DNA of 63,951 bases, filler included, from Lama guanicoe (GCA_013239625.1; 76 parts of 73 records of this genome joined end to end with filler, not necessarily neighbours in it); one strand, 5' to 3'. Positions 1-11,919 are shown, counted from the first letter of the whole stretch. Numbers and translations are program-made. Notes: generated from the sequence alone by a model not told the origin.

Positions 1-1086
1 TTAGGAATAGAACTTAGGAAAAAAAAGAAAAAAGAAAAAAAGAAAAAAAGAAAAAAATAAATGAGAGAGAGAGAGAAAGATTTTTAAAAGAAGGGAGAAA
101 GAGGGTTTGAAAACAATGTATAATGAATAATAGAAGAGCGGGTTGAAGCAGAGTATTAATCGGGTGGAGACGTCCTTTTAAAACCTTTAAAAAAAAAAGG
201 GGGGGGGAGATGAATATATGTGTTTGAAGCCTGTGTCTAATCAATAACAGGACATCAAAACCCAAGAGAAATAGAAATGAATTAAGAAGTAAAAATTAAG
301 AGAGTAATTGAAAGTAGAACAGGTAAAAACAGATTTAANNNNNNNNNNNNNNNNNNNNNNNNNNNNNNNNNNNNNNNNNNNNNNNNNNNNNNNNNNNNNN
401 NNNNNNNNNNNNNNNNNNNNNNNNNNNNNNNNNNNNNNNNNNNNNNNNNNNNNNNNNNNNNNNNNNNNNNNNNNNNNNNNNNNNNNNNNNNNNNNNNNNN
501 NNNNNNNNNNNNNNNNNNNNNNNNNNNNNNNNNNNNNNNNNNNNNNNNNNNNNNNNNNNNNNNNNNNNNNNNNNNNNNNNNNNNNNNNNNNNNNNNNNNN
601 NNNNNNNNNNNNNNNNNNNNNNCCCCTCCGGACAGTCAGATGTTGCAGACTGGCCAGGCAGGAGGGCGGGTCGTGCCCCTTCCCAGCACCTCGGTCAGGG
701 GTTGTGTTCCTGCCCGACAGGCAGGGGGCCGCTCTCCCCCTGCCCTGGCCGCCGGTAGCTCCGCTGCTCTGTGCGGCTGCGCGCCGGCGCTCCGCCCTGG
801 TCGCGCTCCGCCCCGGTTGGCGCTCCGTCCTGGTCGCGCTCCGCGGGTGGGCTCGGGGAAGACCGAGGGACATCCTTGTCCCTGCTCCGAGCCAAGACCC
901 AGCTTCCTGTTTGTCTTTGTGGAGCAAGTTCTCTGGGGTACCAGAATGGAAGGGTCCTATCTGCCCAGGGCTGTAGGCCCGTCTCAGTCTGGCCCTTGAG
1001 GCTGCTAAGCTGTTTGGTGCGGACGCAGGTTTCACCTCTGCCCCCGCCTGGGTGCTGAGCGCCGGAGAATATGGCGGCTGTGCCTG
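1..1086 (-). mobile_element. LINE-1 5' UTR fragment (CpG-rich promoter part plus T-rich part)
   Basis: 1-338 is near-identical to about 39120-39437, which lies directly upstream of an L1 ORF1 ATG. 623-897 is the reverse complement of about 19506-19770. Confidence 0.85.
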
Positions 1087-1186
1087 NNNNNNNNNNNNNN
1101 NNNNNNNNNNNNNNNNNNNNNNNNNNNNNNTTAATTAATTAANNNNNNNNNNNNNNNNNNNNNNNNNNNNNNNNNNNNNNNNNNNN
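1087..1186. other. Synthetic scaffold-joining spacer N44-TTAATTAATTAA-N44 (first of about 75 copies; last core near 63824)
   Basis: An invariant palindromic 12-mer gives stops in all six frames. It is always flanked by about 44 N on each side and separates unrelated sequences. Confidence 0.98.
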
Positions 1187-1639
1187 TGTGACACTTTGCT
1201 GCAACAGAAGCGCCTCATGGGAGGATGCTTATCTCTCAAGGTCCAACACAGATGTGGATACTGCTGATGGTGATCGTAGACTGTGGACAAGGCTGCTCTT
1301 TCCAGACAGCCAGAGTCTCCCCATCTCCATCCCGGAGCTTTGGACCTCGGGTGTGCTGGAGTAGAGTTGTCTGGGCTTCCTGGTAGAACTAGCAAAAACA
1401 GAAATCCTGCTAGTAATGCTAGTATTAATAACAAAGTGCTTCCACACAGTGGGGTTGATAGGCTGTCATTAAGCTTAAGATTATGCATAATTATAGACAA
1501 AGACTTCAAGTTGAAGGCAAAGTGGATAGACTTCAGGGTAATATTCTCCTTGGAGACGTGAGAATATTCAATGTCAAGGGACACAGGTTTTATATATAGG
1601 CAATATTTAGATAAAGTGAGACAAAAGTGTATAAATACG

Positions 1640-1722
1640 TAAGTCCATTTCTTTACAGATTTCTTTGGAGAATTCTGACTAATAGAGATTTTTGATACTG
1701 AGAGTGATTTGAGAGGTACAGA
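1640..1722 (+). mobile_element. Decayed MLT2-type LTR 3' end joined to the start of ERVL internal sequence
   Basis: TTCTTTGGAGAATTCTGACTAATAGA followed by GATTTTTGATACTGAGAGTGATTTGAGAGGTACAGA resembles the recalled junction ...GAGAACCCTGACTAATACA / GATTTTGGTAC..GAGTGGTTCTAGAGGAACAGA. Confidence 0.55.
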
Positions 1723-3659
1723 NNNNNNNNNNNNNNNNNNNNNNNNNNNNNNNNNNNNNNNNNNNNTTAATTAATTAANNNNNNNNNNNNNNNNNNNNNN
1801 NNNNNNNNNNNNNNNNNNNNNNGGTGGGACACTTGGGTAAGAACTAATTACAGCAGTAATGAAACTGGTCCTATGAACGCAGGCTCTGCACAACAAGGAT
1901 GCTTTGACTGGAGGCCTCAGCCGCGGCCTGCAGGGTCTGTTCACGTTTTCTGCCTGGCTTCCCTGCAGATGTTGTGCAGAAAATGAAGCCTGCAGATAAA
2001 GTCATAGAAGGCCCAAGAAATCCAGAAAAAATGGAGTGAGATTCATCTCCTTGGGAATATTTTTGAAAACCATCCACTAAAAAGAAGAAGAGATTTAAGA
2101 GGTACGTTTCAGACCAGATGATGTCCAACTGCAGGTGGGTCAGTTTTGTCATTGTTGCTCGCTAGTTGGCTTTCTGCTGCTTCTAACACGCCGCTNNNNN
2201 NNNNNNNNNNNNNNNNNNNNNNNNNNNNNNNNNNNNNNNNNNNNNNNNNNNNNNNNNNNNNNNNNNNNNNNNNNNNNNNNNNNNNNNNNNNNNNNNNNNN
2301 NNNNNNNNNNNNNNNNNNNNNNNNNNNNNNNNNNNNNNNNNNNNNNNNNNNNNNNNNNNNNNNNNNNNNNNNNNNNNNNNNNNNNNNNNNNNNNNNNNNN
2401 NNNNNNNNNNNNNNNNNNNNNNNNNNNNNNNNNNNNNNNNNNNNNNNNNNNNNNNNNNNNNNNNNNNNNNNNNNNNNNNNNNNNNNNNNNNNNNNNNNNN
2501 NNNNNNNNNNNNNNNNNNTAAAAAAAGAAATGAAGAAGAAAAGAGATCTCAAACAACAACCCCAGTTTAAAAAGAAAAAAAAGTCTTTTAAAAATAGTAG
2601 TCANNNNNNNNNNNNNNNNNNNNNNNNNNNNNNNNNNNNNNNNNNNNTTAATTAATTAANNNNNNNNNNNNNNNNNNNNNNNNNNNNNNNNNNNNNNNNN
2701 NNNCAGGGGGCAGTCAGTGGTTTGGGACGCTCTGCCATTGACAAAGAGGAGTCGGGTGAAAATACCTGGCTCCTTACACGTCCCTGAATCCAATCCCCCA
2801 GGAGCCCCTTAAGCCCACAGGGCCCTCCCTCCTTCCAGCTGGGGCAGGTGGCCAGCCCTGCAGCAGCTCTGGGGTCCAGGCTAGGCCACCAACTGGTCAG
2901 GGGCCACCAACAGGTCAAGGTATGACTGTGCTGCCCAGGAAGAGGGGGAACAGCAGTGAAGCAGTAAGTACCAGCAGGAGCAGCCTCTGTAACTGGACTC
3001 CTCCACTGTGAGCAGGGCCAGGGCCAAAACGTNNNNNNNNNNNNNNNNNNNNNNNNNNNNNNNNNNNNNNNNNNNNNNNNNNNNNNNNNNNNNNNNNNNN
3101 NNNNNNNNNNNNNNNNNNNNNNNNNNNNNNNNNNNNNNNNNNNNNNNNNNNNNNNNNNNNNNNNNNNNNNNNNNNNNNNNNNNNNNNNNNNNNNNNNNNN
3201 NNNNNNNNNNNNNNNNNNNNNNNNNNNNNNNNNNNNNNNNNNNNNNNNNNNNNNNNNNNNNNNNNNNGGAGCCAGCCCACAGTGCATGGTGGAGGATGAA
3301 GGGCCAGGGTGGCCTGACTCTGGGAAGGGGCCCAGAGTGGAGGGGGCAGAGGAGGCAGGAATCCTGGCATCACAGTCCCTCCCGCTCTAAGGCTCTCACC
3401 TCCCTGGAGCTGAGCTCCCCAGGGGCCACTGTACTTGCAAAGACTGGTACCTCCCATTTTCCTTGGGACTGCTGGTACCAGCCTCTGTGTCTGTCTCTGT
3501 TGGGGCTGAATTCCAGGAGAATGGGCTGCCCCTGGGGAGGAAACTCCAGAGCCTGCCCTNNNNNNNNNNNNNNNNNNNNNNNNNNNNNNNNNNNNNNNNN
3601 NNNTTAATTAATTAANNNNNNNNNNNNNNNNNNNNNNNNNNNNNNNNNNNNNNNNNNNN

Positions 3660-4377
3660 TTTCTCTGATAATTAGTGATATTGAGCATTTTTTCATGTGC
3701 TTTTTTATGATTTGTATGTCCTCCTTGAAGAATTGCTTGTTTAGGTCTTCTGCCCATTTTTGGATTGGGTTGTTAATTTTTTTCTTATTGAGTCGTATGA
3801 GCTGCTTATATACTTTGGAGATCAAGCCTTTGTCGGTTTCACTTGCAAAAATTTCTCCCATTCCGTAGGTTTTCTTCTTGTTTTATTTCTGGTTTCCTTT
3901 GCTCTGCAGAAGCTTGTAAGTTTCATTAGGTCCCATTTGTTTATCCTTGCTTTTATTTCTTCTAGGAGAAAATTTTTGAAATGTATATCAGATAATGTTT
4001 TGCATATGTTTTCCTCTAGGAGGTTTATTGTATCTTGTCTTATGTTTAAAATTCTTTAATTTGAGTTGATTTTTGTATATGGCGTAAGGGTGTGTTCTAG
4101 CTTCATTGTTTTACATGCTGCTGTCCAGTTTTCCCAACACCATTTGCTGAAGAGACTGTCTTTATTCCATTGTATATTCTTGCCACCTTTGTCAAAGATT
4201 AGATTACCAAAAGTTTGTGGGTTCATTTCTGGGTTCTCTATTCTGTTCTGTTGGCCCATATGTCTGTTTTGGTACCAATAACATGTTGTCTTGATGACTG
4301 TAGTTCTATAGTATTGTCTGAAATCTGAGAGAGTTATTCCTCCAGCCTCTTTCCTTCTCTTCAGTAATGCTTTAGCA
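3660..4377 (-). mobile_element. LINE-1 ORF2 C-terminal fragment, disrupted
   Basis: Translations [41 protein letters not shown] and [12 protein letters not shown]...[15 protein letters not shown]...[14 protein letters not shown] are typical L1 ORF2p and are split across separate ORFs. Confidence 0.95.
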
Positions 4378-5086
4378 NNNNNNNNNNNNNNNNNNNNNNN
4401 NNNNNNNNNNNNNNNNNNNNNTTAATTAATTAANNNNNNNNNNNNNNNNNNNNNNNNNNNNNNNNNNNNNNNNNNNNACAGTGACCAGCGGCGCAGGGAG
4501 AGGCTGGCCCTCTGGGTCTCCATGGTTCCCGAGTCAGCCTCGTCCCAGCCCACAGGACCCTCCTTTATGCTCAGCCTGGGCCTGATGCAATTGCTCAAGC
4601 AGGAGCCTTCCCCACCTGCCCCATCCCTGCCCCCGGCCAGGGTGTGAGCTGGACTTGCCTCAGGCCCCGCTCTTGCCTCAGGGGATTGCTGGGCAGTGGG
4701 TGAGGTCTGCCTCCTGTGCAAGGTGAAGAAATGGTTTCTCCATCTCCCTGACAACATCTCGGCCTCTCCTGGGCCCCATGGGGGACTTTCATGAGCAGGG
4801 TTGCTCCAGAGGGTTGAGTCATCCAGCAGACGGAGGGACCAGGCTGTGTCCTACACCCTCTCGGCCTCCTCACTATGACCTCCTGAGAAACAAGCTGAAG
4901 GAGTGTATTCACCACACAACCTCCAGCTCTACACACTGCCTGGCACCCAGTAGGCATCTAGTTAAAGTTCGATGAATGGATGACAGNNNNNNNNNNNNNN
5001 NNNNNNNNNNNNNNNNNNNNNNNNNNNNNNTTAATTAATTAANNNNNNNNNNNNNNNNNNNNNNNNNNNNNNNNNNNNNNNNNNNN

Positions 5087-6219
5087 ATTTAGATCATGGA
5101 ATGCAGAACACAGTATTTAGAATATAGAATGTAGACACACAGCTTAGAATCTAGAATACAGAATGCAGAATATAGAATTAAGAATATAGAATGAAGAACA
5201 CAGAAAATTGAATATAGAATACAGGATATATAACACAGTATATAGAACAAGGAATGCAGAACTCAGTACTTAGAATATAGAATACAGAATACTGAATATA
5301 TAATCTAGAATATAGAATGTATATCACAGAATTTAGAATATAGAATACAGAATACTGAATATAGAATTTNNNNNNNNNNNNNNNNNNNNNNNNNNNNNNN
5401 NNNNNNNNNNNNNNNNNNNNNNNNNNNNNNNNNNNNNNNNNNNNNNNNNNNNNNNNNNNNNNNNNNNNNNNNNNNNNNNNNNNNNNNNNNNNNNNNNNNN
5501 NNNNNNNAAAATATAGTATACAGAATACTGAATATAGAATTTTGAATTTAGAATGTAGAACACAGAATATAGAATATAGAACCCAGAATATAGAGCATGG
5601 AATGCAGAACACAGAATTTAGAACATAGAATACAGAATACTGAATATATAATCTAGAATATAGAATGTATATCACATAATTAAAATATAGTATACAGAAT
5701 ACTGAATATAGAATTTTGAATTTAGAATGTAGAACACAGAATATAGAGTATAGAATTCGAAATGCAGAATATAGATTGTAGAATATCCAATGAAAAACCC
5801 AAAATTTTGTAGATAGAATTGAGAATATAGAACACAGAATTTAAACATGGAATGTAGAACAAATATTTAAGAATATAGTATGCAGAATACTTAATATAGA
5901 ATTTAGAATATAGAATGTAGAAAACAGAATATAGAATAGAGAATAGAGAACCCAAAATTTAGAACATGGAATGCAGAACACAGAATTTAGAATAAATAAT
6001 ACAAAACAGTGAAAATACAATTTAGAATTTAGAATGTAGAACACAGAATATAGAATATAGAATTCGAAATGCAGAAAATAAAATGTAGAATATAGAATGA
6101 AGAACACAAAAATTAGTATATAGAATTAAGTATTTAGAACACAATATTTAAACATGGAAAGTAGAACACTTATTTAAGACTATAGAATACAGAATACTGA
6201 ATATAGAAATTAGAATATA
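5087..6219 (+). repeat. Satellite A: AT-rich, 7-bp-periodic (AGAATAT/AGAACAC/GGAATGC/AGAATTT) satellite
   Basis: Continuous run of NGAAYRY-like heptamers. Confidence 0.95.
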
Positions 6220-8181
6220 NNNNNNNNNNNNNNNNNNNNNNNNNNNNNNNNNNNNNNNNNNNNTTAATTAATTAANNNNNNNNNNNNNNNNNNNNNNNNN
6301 NNNNNNNNNNNNNNNNNNNTTGTATTGGTACTTTCTTTGAGCATGCTGTTCACTGAACATAGGAAAAGAAAACATTCTATAAACTAGTCAGAAAATCTGT
6401 ACCTGTCTCATTCCTATAACCCTAGTAAAGTTGTATATTTGAAAAGATGATTTTTCAAACAACTGAACTATAAATGCAGAGTCTAAGCTTGGTAGGACCC
6501 AGTGTTTTTTGCTTCTCCTCCTCCCCCTCCTCTCCTCCTCCTCCTCCTTCTCCCCCTTCCCCATCCCCATCCCCTTCCCCTTCTCCTTCTCCTTTTTTTT
6601 GATTNNNNNNNNNNNNNNNNNNNNNNNNNNNNNNNTTTTTTTGATTATAGGCCTGGTTGTTTGAGATTTACATCAAACGTCACTCATGTGCAAATCAGAT
6701 GTGTTTGGTGCAAATCTCACTGCATTCTGAGATGATTTGGGGGAGAAGCAATTTAACTTTAAAGGACATTTACAATTCTTTTACCACAAATAAGGGCTAG
6801 CTTTTTAGTCTCTAAGTTATGTTTAATTATAGTTTAATGGAATTCTGAATTATAAAGAAAAAAATGTAAACATAATTTAAGAATATACACTTTAGTCATG
6901 AGCTTTTTTGACTAGAAATACAGAATAGAATTCAGATCTTTTAGTAGCCATGTAGTTTTTTAGACTGCATATGAGAGTAAACACTGCTATATTTGTAGAG
7001 TGCCTTGAATGATATTAGGTTCTCTCTCTCTCTTTTCTTTTTTTTTTTCAGAGACTGAGGCAAATAGTAAATTTTAACAGATCTGATTTGAAAAAATTAA
7101 TTCATTTAAAAATACTAGTTGCCAATGTGAGAAGGACTCTTCATATAAACTACTGCTCTAAAACACCTTGGAAATATGTAGATTATTGTATTAATATTTA
7201 GACAGTGGGGAAAATCTCAATTTTTAAAAGTATTCTTTGAAAACTGACAATATATTAATTTTAGTAGTAAATTATCATTTTCTTAAAAAATTTGTCAGTA
7301 TAGAGGAGGATTCATCTGTGTTCTTAGGAGATGAGTNNNNNNNNNNNNNNNNNNNNNNNNNNNNNNNNNNNNNNNNNNNNTTAATTAATTAANNNNNNNN
7401 NNNNNNNNNNNNNNNNNNNNNNNNNNNNNNNNNNNNCCTGCCCCAGGGCCACTCCAGTTCACCTGCAGCCTTCTGGCCTCTGCTTTCAGGGCCTATGTCC
7501 CAGGACTGACTGCAGCCTTTTCTTCCCTTGTCAACATTTGCTGTGCCTTTCAGAAGTTGGTCTGTTCTCTGGAATTTAACCCTGGCAGATGTGATGGTGG
7601 CCAGCGTGCTTGTGGGCTGTAACTTGGGGACCCCCAGGAGCTATCTTGATTCTCCTGAGTCTCTCACTCGGGGTTACAGAACTGTCAAGCACTGTAGGAA
7701 GTCCATTCACGTGAGGTCAACACAGCTTTGCATCACTTTCATTTTATTTTTGAATTTTCAGTGGAGAAATTATTTGTAGCAAACTGTTCCAGATTTTCGG
7801 CCGCCTGCTTTCCTCACCACCATTTCCTTGTTGGCTCTGGTGCTTGTTTTAAGAACCAGGTTTCTACTCTGGTCATTTCTAGCAGCTGGGCTTGCCGAAT
7901 CCTTGATTTGCATTTGAGGCAGAATGCTTCTTCGTGATGTCAAGCTGATTTTCCTTGTCATGTCTGAATATTTCGTGTACACTCAGCAACTGTTTCAAGT
8001 GAAATGCTCTTGTCCAATTTAGATATTTGCTAATCTCCTGCTTTCATGCGGAGGGCAGTTTCTTCTTCCTGTAATAAAAGTNNNNNNNNNNNNNNNNNNN
8101 NNNNNNNNNNNNNNNNNNNNNNNNNTTAATTAATTAANNNNNNNNNNNNNNNNNNNNNNNNNNNNNNNNNNNNNNNNNNNN

Positions 8182-8270
8182 TTTTTTTTTTTAAATAGAG
8201 ATACTGGGGCTTAAACCCAGGACCTCGAGGACGCTAAGCGCACACTCTACCTCTGAGCTATACCCTCCCC
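8182..8270 (-). mobile_element. Short tRNA-derived SINE (camelid vic-1-like)
   Basis: Minus strand reads GGGGAGGGTATAGCTCAGAGGTAGAG...GAGGTCCTGGGTTTAAGCCCCAGTATCTC followed by an A tail. It has Pol III A-box and B-box-like motifs and a tRNA-Ala-like head. The family name is from memory. Confidence 0.85.
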
Positions 8271-8558
8271 GTTAAAAAAATCATTATTTATATGACACAT
8301 TGACTTCTGATTTCAGTAAGTTGTTTCATGGGATTCATTCAGAAATGCCTCAGAAATTTTCTATCCTTTTAAGGTTTTGAGGTTAATTCTGCTTCCTGTG
8401 CTGTTGCCATTAACCTTTGAAAACAAAGAATTTTACAGTGAAAACGTAGCGTAATATTTCACAGTTTCTTTTTTAATATTAGAGACTTTACATACTTCTT
8501 TCTTTTTAAGTAGGTTTACCTGGGTCACCATTTTAAAGAACGTGTTTATCTTTTGTAG

Positions 8559-8657
8559 CCTGCTGCTGCTGTCCAAACCCAGAGCCAGACGTACAGAAAA
8601 CAAGCTACTATCCTGACTAACGATGATTATTCGGTGTATGTGAGACACGCTATTCAG
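8559..8657 (+). CDS. HERC2: Single 99-nt phase 0-0 exon homologous to the start of the HERC2 CPH domain; diverged copy, functional status unknown
   Basis: Acceptor ATCTTTTGTAG and donor CAG|GTGAGT. Translation PAAAVQTQSQTYRKQATILTNDDYSVYVRHAIQ aligns without gaps to recalled human HERC2 STGAVVTESQTYKKRADFLSNDDYAVYVRENIQ. Confidence 0.8.
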
Positions 8658-8956
8658 GTGAGTACTTGCCTCAGGCTGGAGCCATGCTTAGGTTTTCGTT
8701 CAACAAATGTGTGCATGTCTCAGAAAGCCAGCCCTGGCAGGGGAGGGCATAGCAGCCAGCAGGGAGGCCTCTGTGACTGGAGAAAGGACAGAGGAGCAGC
8801 AGAGCAGCAGATGAGCGAGGGGGGGCCAGGGTCACAGAATGATGGGGGGCTTGTCCGCAGTGACGTGGCACAGGGTCCTGTGCTTCTTGGTTATGCCCCT
8901 TTTGGACACTTTCACAGCCTAGGTTTGCTTTTGAGGGGAGACGGAGGCATTTAGGT

Positions 8957-9053
8957 TTATTTATGTATTTTATTCAATGGAAACAATGGGATTGAACTCA
9001 GAGCCTTGTGTATTCTAAACACACACTCTAGCACTGAGTTATACACTCCTTCC
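8957..9053 (-). mobile_element. Second, more decayed tRNA-derived SINE of the same family
   Basis: Minus strand reads GGAAGGAGTGTATAACTCAGTGCTAGAGTGTGTG...GGCTCTGAGTTCAATCCC followed by an A-rich tail. Confidence 0.7.
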
Positions 9054-9255
9054 TTTTTGTAAAAAAAAAAAATCATTCTTACTGCCATCTAATTTAAAAA
9101 CTTTACTTTTTTTCAACCTTCAATCCTTCCTTCTCCTGCTTTAATTCTTTTGTTCNNNNNNNNNNNNNNNNNNNNNNNNNNNNNNNNNNNNNNNNNNNNT
9201 TAATTAATTAANNNNNNNNNNNNNNNNNNNNNNNNNNNNNNNNNNNNNNNNNNNN

Positions 9256-10068
9256 ATATATATGGGGAGGTTCAAGCTCCAACTCGATTTTAAAGTGAAA
9301 ATCGCAGGAAATTCAAACAGGAACTAGGAAACAGAATGAGAACCCAGAGTAATTGTTTCTCCTGCAACCCGTTCCCTTTGTGCTGGATGAACGAACGTCT
9401 CTCCACATGCTCAGTTCTGAGAGATAAGTGTGTGTGAAAGCCGTCCTGCACCTAGCTTGAAGGGAACACAAACTTTCTTTTCAGTTGCAAATTCCACTCC
9501 ATACCTATATATGGGGAGGTTCAAGCTCCAACTCGATTTTAAAGTGAAAATCGCAGGAAATTCAAACAGGAACTAGGAAACAGAATGAGAACCCAGAGTA
9601 AGTGTTTCTCCTGCAAACCGTTCCTTTGTGCTGGATGAATGAAAGACACTCTACATGCTCAGTTCTGAGAGATAACTGTGTGTGAAAGCCAACCTTCACC
9701 TAGCTTGAAGGGAACACAAAGTTTCTTTTCAGTTGCAAACTCCACTCATTACATATATAGGGGGAGGACCAACCTCCAACTCGNNNNNNNNNNNNNNNNN
9801 NNNNNNNNNNNNNNNNNNNNNNNNNNNNNNNNNNNNNNNNNNNNNNNNNNNNNNNNNNNNNNNNNNNNNNNNNNNNNNNNNNNGTCTCTCCACATGCTCA
9901 TTTCTGAGTGATAAGTGTGTGTGAAAGCCGTACTTCACCTAGCTTGAAGGGAACACAAATTTTCTTTTCAGTTGCAAACTTCACTGCATACATCTATATG
10001 GTGAGGTACAGGCTCCAAATCGGTTTTACAGTGAAAACCGAGGAACTTCAAACCGGCACTAGGAAACA
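9256..10068 (+). repeat. Satellite B: 249-bp tandem repeat
   Basis: Anchor ATGGGGAGG recurs at 9262, 9511 and about 9759. Confidence 0.95.
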
Positions 10069-10148
10069 NNNNNNNNNNNNNNNNNNNNNNNNNNNNNNNN
10101 NNNNNNNNNNNNTTAATTAATTAANNNNNNNNNNNNNNNNNNNNNNNN

Positions 10149-10345
10149 NNNNNNNNNNNNNNNNNNNNAAATAAGAAGACAAACAATTCCATTTGAAATG
10201 GGCAAATGATAGAACAAAATATTTTTGAAAGAAGAGATATGAGTGGCCAATAAGCACATGAAAAGATGCTCAACATCATTTCCCATCTGGAAATACACAT
10301 TAAAACCAAAGTGAGATGCCACTACGTACCCTTTAGAATGATGGA
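10149..10345 (+). mobile_element. Older LINE-1 ORF2 3' fragment
   Basis: ...GGCCAATAAGCACATGAAAAGATGCTCAACATCA...ATTAAAACCAAAGTGAGATGCCACTAC (ANKHMKRCSTS region). Confidence 0.85.
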
Positions 10346-10349
10346 TATT

Positions 10350-10860
10350 ATTTTTTTAATTGAAGTATAGTTAGTTACAATGTGTCAATTTCTGTTGTAC
10401 AGCATGATGTCACAGTCACACATGTACATACATATATTTGTTTTCATATTCTTTTTCATTAAAGGTTATTACAAGGTATTGAATATAGTTCTCTGTGCTA
10501 TACGGAAGAAATTTGTTTTTATCTATTTTTATATATTGTAGTTAACATCTGTGAATCTCAAACTCCCAAATTTATCCCTTCCCACCCCTTTTCCCCCAGT
10601 AACCATAATAACATTATTTACTATGTCTGTGAGTTTGTTTCTGTTTTATAGATGAGTTCATTAGGGTCCTCTTTTTTCTGTTTCTTTTTTTTTAAATTCC
10701 ACATATGAATGATATCCTATGGTATTGTTCTTTCTCTTTCCAGTTTACTTCACTTGGAATGACGATCTCCAGGTCCATCCATGTTGCTGCAAATTGCATT
10801 ATTTTATTTGTTTTTCTCATTGAGCAGCATTCCATTGTATAAATATACCACAACTTTTTT
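10350..10860 (-). mobile_element. LINE-1 3' end (ORF2 tail and 3' UTR)
   Basis: Begins with a T tract and TTAATTGAAGTATAG. Translation LWYIYTME...FAATWMDLEIVI.SEV is the L1 ORF2 tail. Confidence 0.9.
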
Positions 10861-11028
10861 AAACATTTTTTAATTGAGTAATAGTAATTACAATGTTGTG
10901 TCAAATTCCAGTGTAGAGCACAATTCTTCAGTCATACATGAACATATGTATATTCATTGTCACATTTTTTTTTCACTGTGAGCTACCACAAGATCTTGTA
11001 TATATTTCCCTGTGCTATACAGTAAGAT
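10861..11028 (-). mobile_element. Third LINE-1 3' end, nested in or abutting the previous one
   Basis: A new T tract and 3' UTR terminus. Its end (CTACCACAAGATCTTG...TTTCCCTGTGCTATACAGTA) matches the start of 44707-45286. Confidence 0.8.
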
Positions 11029-11919
11029 NNNNNNNNNNNNNNNNNNNNNNNNNNNNNNNNNNNNNNNNNNNNTTAATTAATTAANNNNNNNNNNNNNNNN
11101 NNNNNNNNNNNNNNNNNNNNNNNNNNNNATAGAATATGTGCCAAAACATACAGCTCAGGGTTTAAAAGTTAAATTGCGTGAATATTTATGAATACGCTGT
11201 CTAGTATACAAAAATTCTAAAATACCTGAATGATTGAGATTTAGCATTCAACTTGACAGAGTGAGAAAATGTTAGCTTTAAATTTAAAACAAAATAACTA
11301 CCATTTCTTAATCTGTTAGACTGTACTAACAGCTTTACTGCCCCTATTTAATTTAACTGTTCAAAACATTTTATTTAAAAATACTGAAGAATGCTTGGAA
11401 ATGCAAATTGATGGTAAGTTACAAAGCCAGAATTTGAAATCGAGTAGATCTGATTCAAGATGCCATGTTCATTTTTCTCATCTGCAAAATTGAAAAAATA
11501 TATACCATGTCCTCCTTAACTCACGTTATATTGAGGTTCAAATGTAAGAGTCAAAATATTGTAAATTGTGACATCTAAATAGTTGTACAGCTATGGGTGT
11601 TGGTTGCTAGTACAAGCTAATAACAACTTAAAACTCATATATATGTGGATAATTGAGTTAGAATGAAGTTCTTGAGTGGATTAACAGGAATTAGTGAAAA
11701 CTAGTTTTGTGGTTGTTAAGTTCNNNNNNNNNNNNNNNNNNNNNNNNNNNNNNNNNNNNNNNNNNNNTTAATTAATTAANNNNNNNNNNNNNNNNNNNNN
11801 NNNNNNNNNNNNNNNNNNNNNNNTATTAAACAATACCCAACACTGGATTCCTTAGGAAGCAACACCAATGCACTTTTGGACTCTTCAAGGTCTTCACCCC
11901 ATGAAGCCTTTTTACTCAC

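Noticed and set aside
7743..8071. Possible minus-strand terminal exon (acceptor TTTTATTACAG, short frame, AATAAA at 7743-7748)
   Set aside because: The peptides are too short to identify and the motifs occur commonly by chance.
8182..8270. Possible tRNA-Ala gene
   Set aside because: Degenerate B box and stems, an A-rich tail and a second decayed copy nearby indicate a SINE rather than a tRNA.
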